A stretch of DNA of 64,000 nucleotides, taken from assembly GCA_035084275.1 (NCBI GenBank), contig JAYJKW010000399.1:1550001-1614000 (forward strand), in the 5' to 3' direction. Source of the DNA: Hydrolagus colliei. Its lineage: Eukaryota. The position numbers and the translations under genes are program-made. Positions 63,168-64,000 of the stretch are shown here, piece after piece. Each line of letters opens with the position of its first letter. Positions within the stretch are counted from its first letter, which is position 1. A model generated the notes under the pieces. It searched no databases. It worked only from the letters and a program-made list of their open reading frames with translations, and was not told the origin of the DNA.

Positions 63168-63473
63168 ATCCGCCGCAGAAACCCATCATTTCCTTGAAAC
63201 CACAATACCGGAATTTTGTGGAAGGGGAAATTGCTGAGATATCATGTTCTGGGAATTATTACGGCAGCAAATTCTCTTTATACAGAGAAAACGAGATGAT
63301 AGCAACCACATCATCTGCACGATATAGTTATGTGGCAGCACCATTGCTTTACACAGCAACATTTACTCCATTTAAGATCATGACGGGAATTTACTGGTGT
63401 ATATACACTAAACAAACATACAGTCGAGAGCTCAAGTCGCCAGTGAGCGAGCGAGTGAGAATCTTCGTGAGAG
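63168..63473 (+). CDS. Ig C2-type exon 5 (tandem duplicate of exon 4); the gene continues beyond the window
   Basis: TTTCAG|AT...AGAG|GTAAG, 306 nt. DPPQKPIISLKPQY...EISCSGNYYGSKFSLYRE...GIYWCIY...SPVSERVRIFVRG. Confidence 0.94.
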
Positions 63474-64000
63474 GTAAGAGCGAGAGCCTGCGATCTCTCA
63501 CCAATCTCTTTGGTCTCATCCAATTACCGGATTATTTTATGACCAGTTACTGACGGACACTAACAACAACAATTTCATATGATTTCATGTACTTTAGACG
63601 CCTCTAATGGCTATGTAGGAAACATCATCGAGTAAACTCACTGAAATGTTTGTGTGTAGAACAATCGGCTATCAATCTGGTAGATAATGAAAGGAAATTT
63701 GACAGTGTTTGTTCCATCGCCTTTTGAACGTCGCCTTGACAATAAATGCGCTATACTAGAGTAGTGCTGTTGTTGTTACTATCTAACAATCAAATGCATG
63801 TAATCGTAATTGGCAGAGAGCGCTCTTAAATAGGGCCCAGGAACTCTGGCTTCTACGAATCAAGCGTTTAAAACGATGCGTCACCTAATTATTTTTTGTA
63901 TAATAACAATATTCCTTCACGTTGAAACCACAACATGCCTCAACCACTTTTGAAAGTACAGTGATTGATGTTTCATGGCAAACGCAACATCCGACTTATG

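Overview
Vertebrate genomic DNA, most likely a cartilaginous fish. This is inferred from Deu-domain SINEs, abundant L2/CR1 LINEs, shark-type orphan GPCRs and TCR V segments; the species cannot be fixed from sequence alone. The window is an immune-gene mosaic. From left to right it holds: (1) decayed tRNA genes and two GPR139/142-like class A GPCRs (one intact two-exon gene, one pseudogene); (2) an isolated CpG-rich exon 1 of UQCC2 on the minus strand; (3) four plus-strand TCR alpha/delta-type V segments (two clear pseudogenes, one open frame that lost the first canonical Cys, one apparently intact), with 23-bp-spacer RSSs on three of them and no D, J or C found; (4) a CA-rich block with three copies of a CCAAT/RFX/CRE promoter-like cassette; (5) the 5' part of a multi-exon receptor gene that runs off the right edge. 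This receptor gene is the main finding. It has a split signal peptide with a 36-nt mini-exon (typical of KIR/LILR/FCAR genes), followed by SRCR-Ig-SRCR-Ig-Ig-Ig-Ig exons, all open and phase 1-1. Coordinates were counted by hand. Splice-site and RSS positions should be exact or within 1-2 nt; repeat boundaries are approximate.
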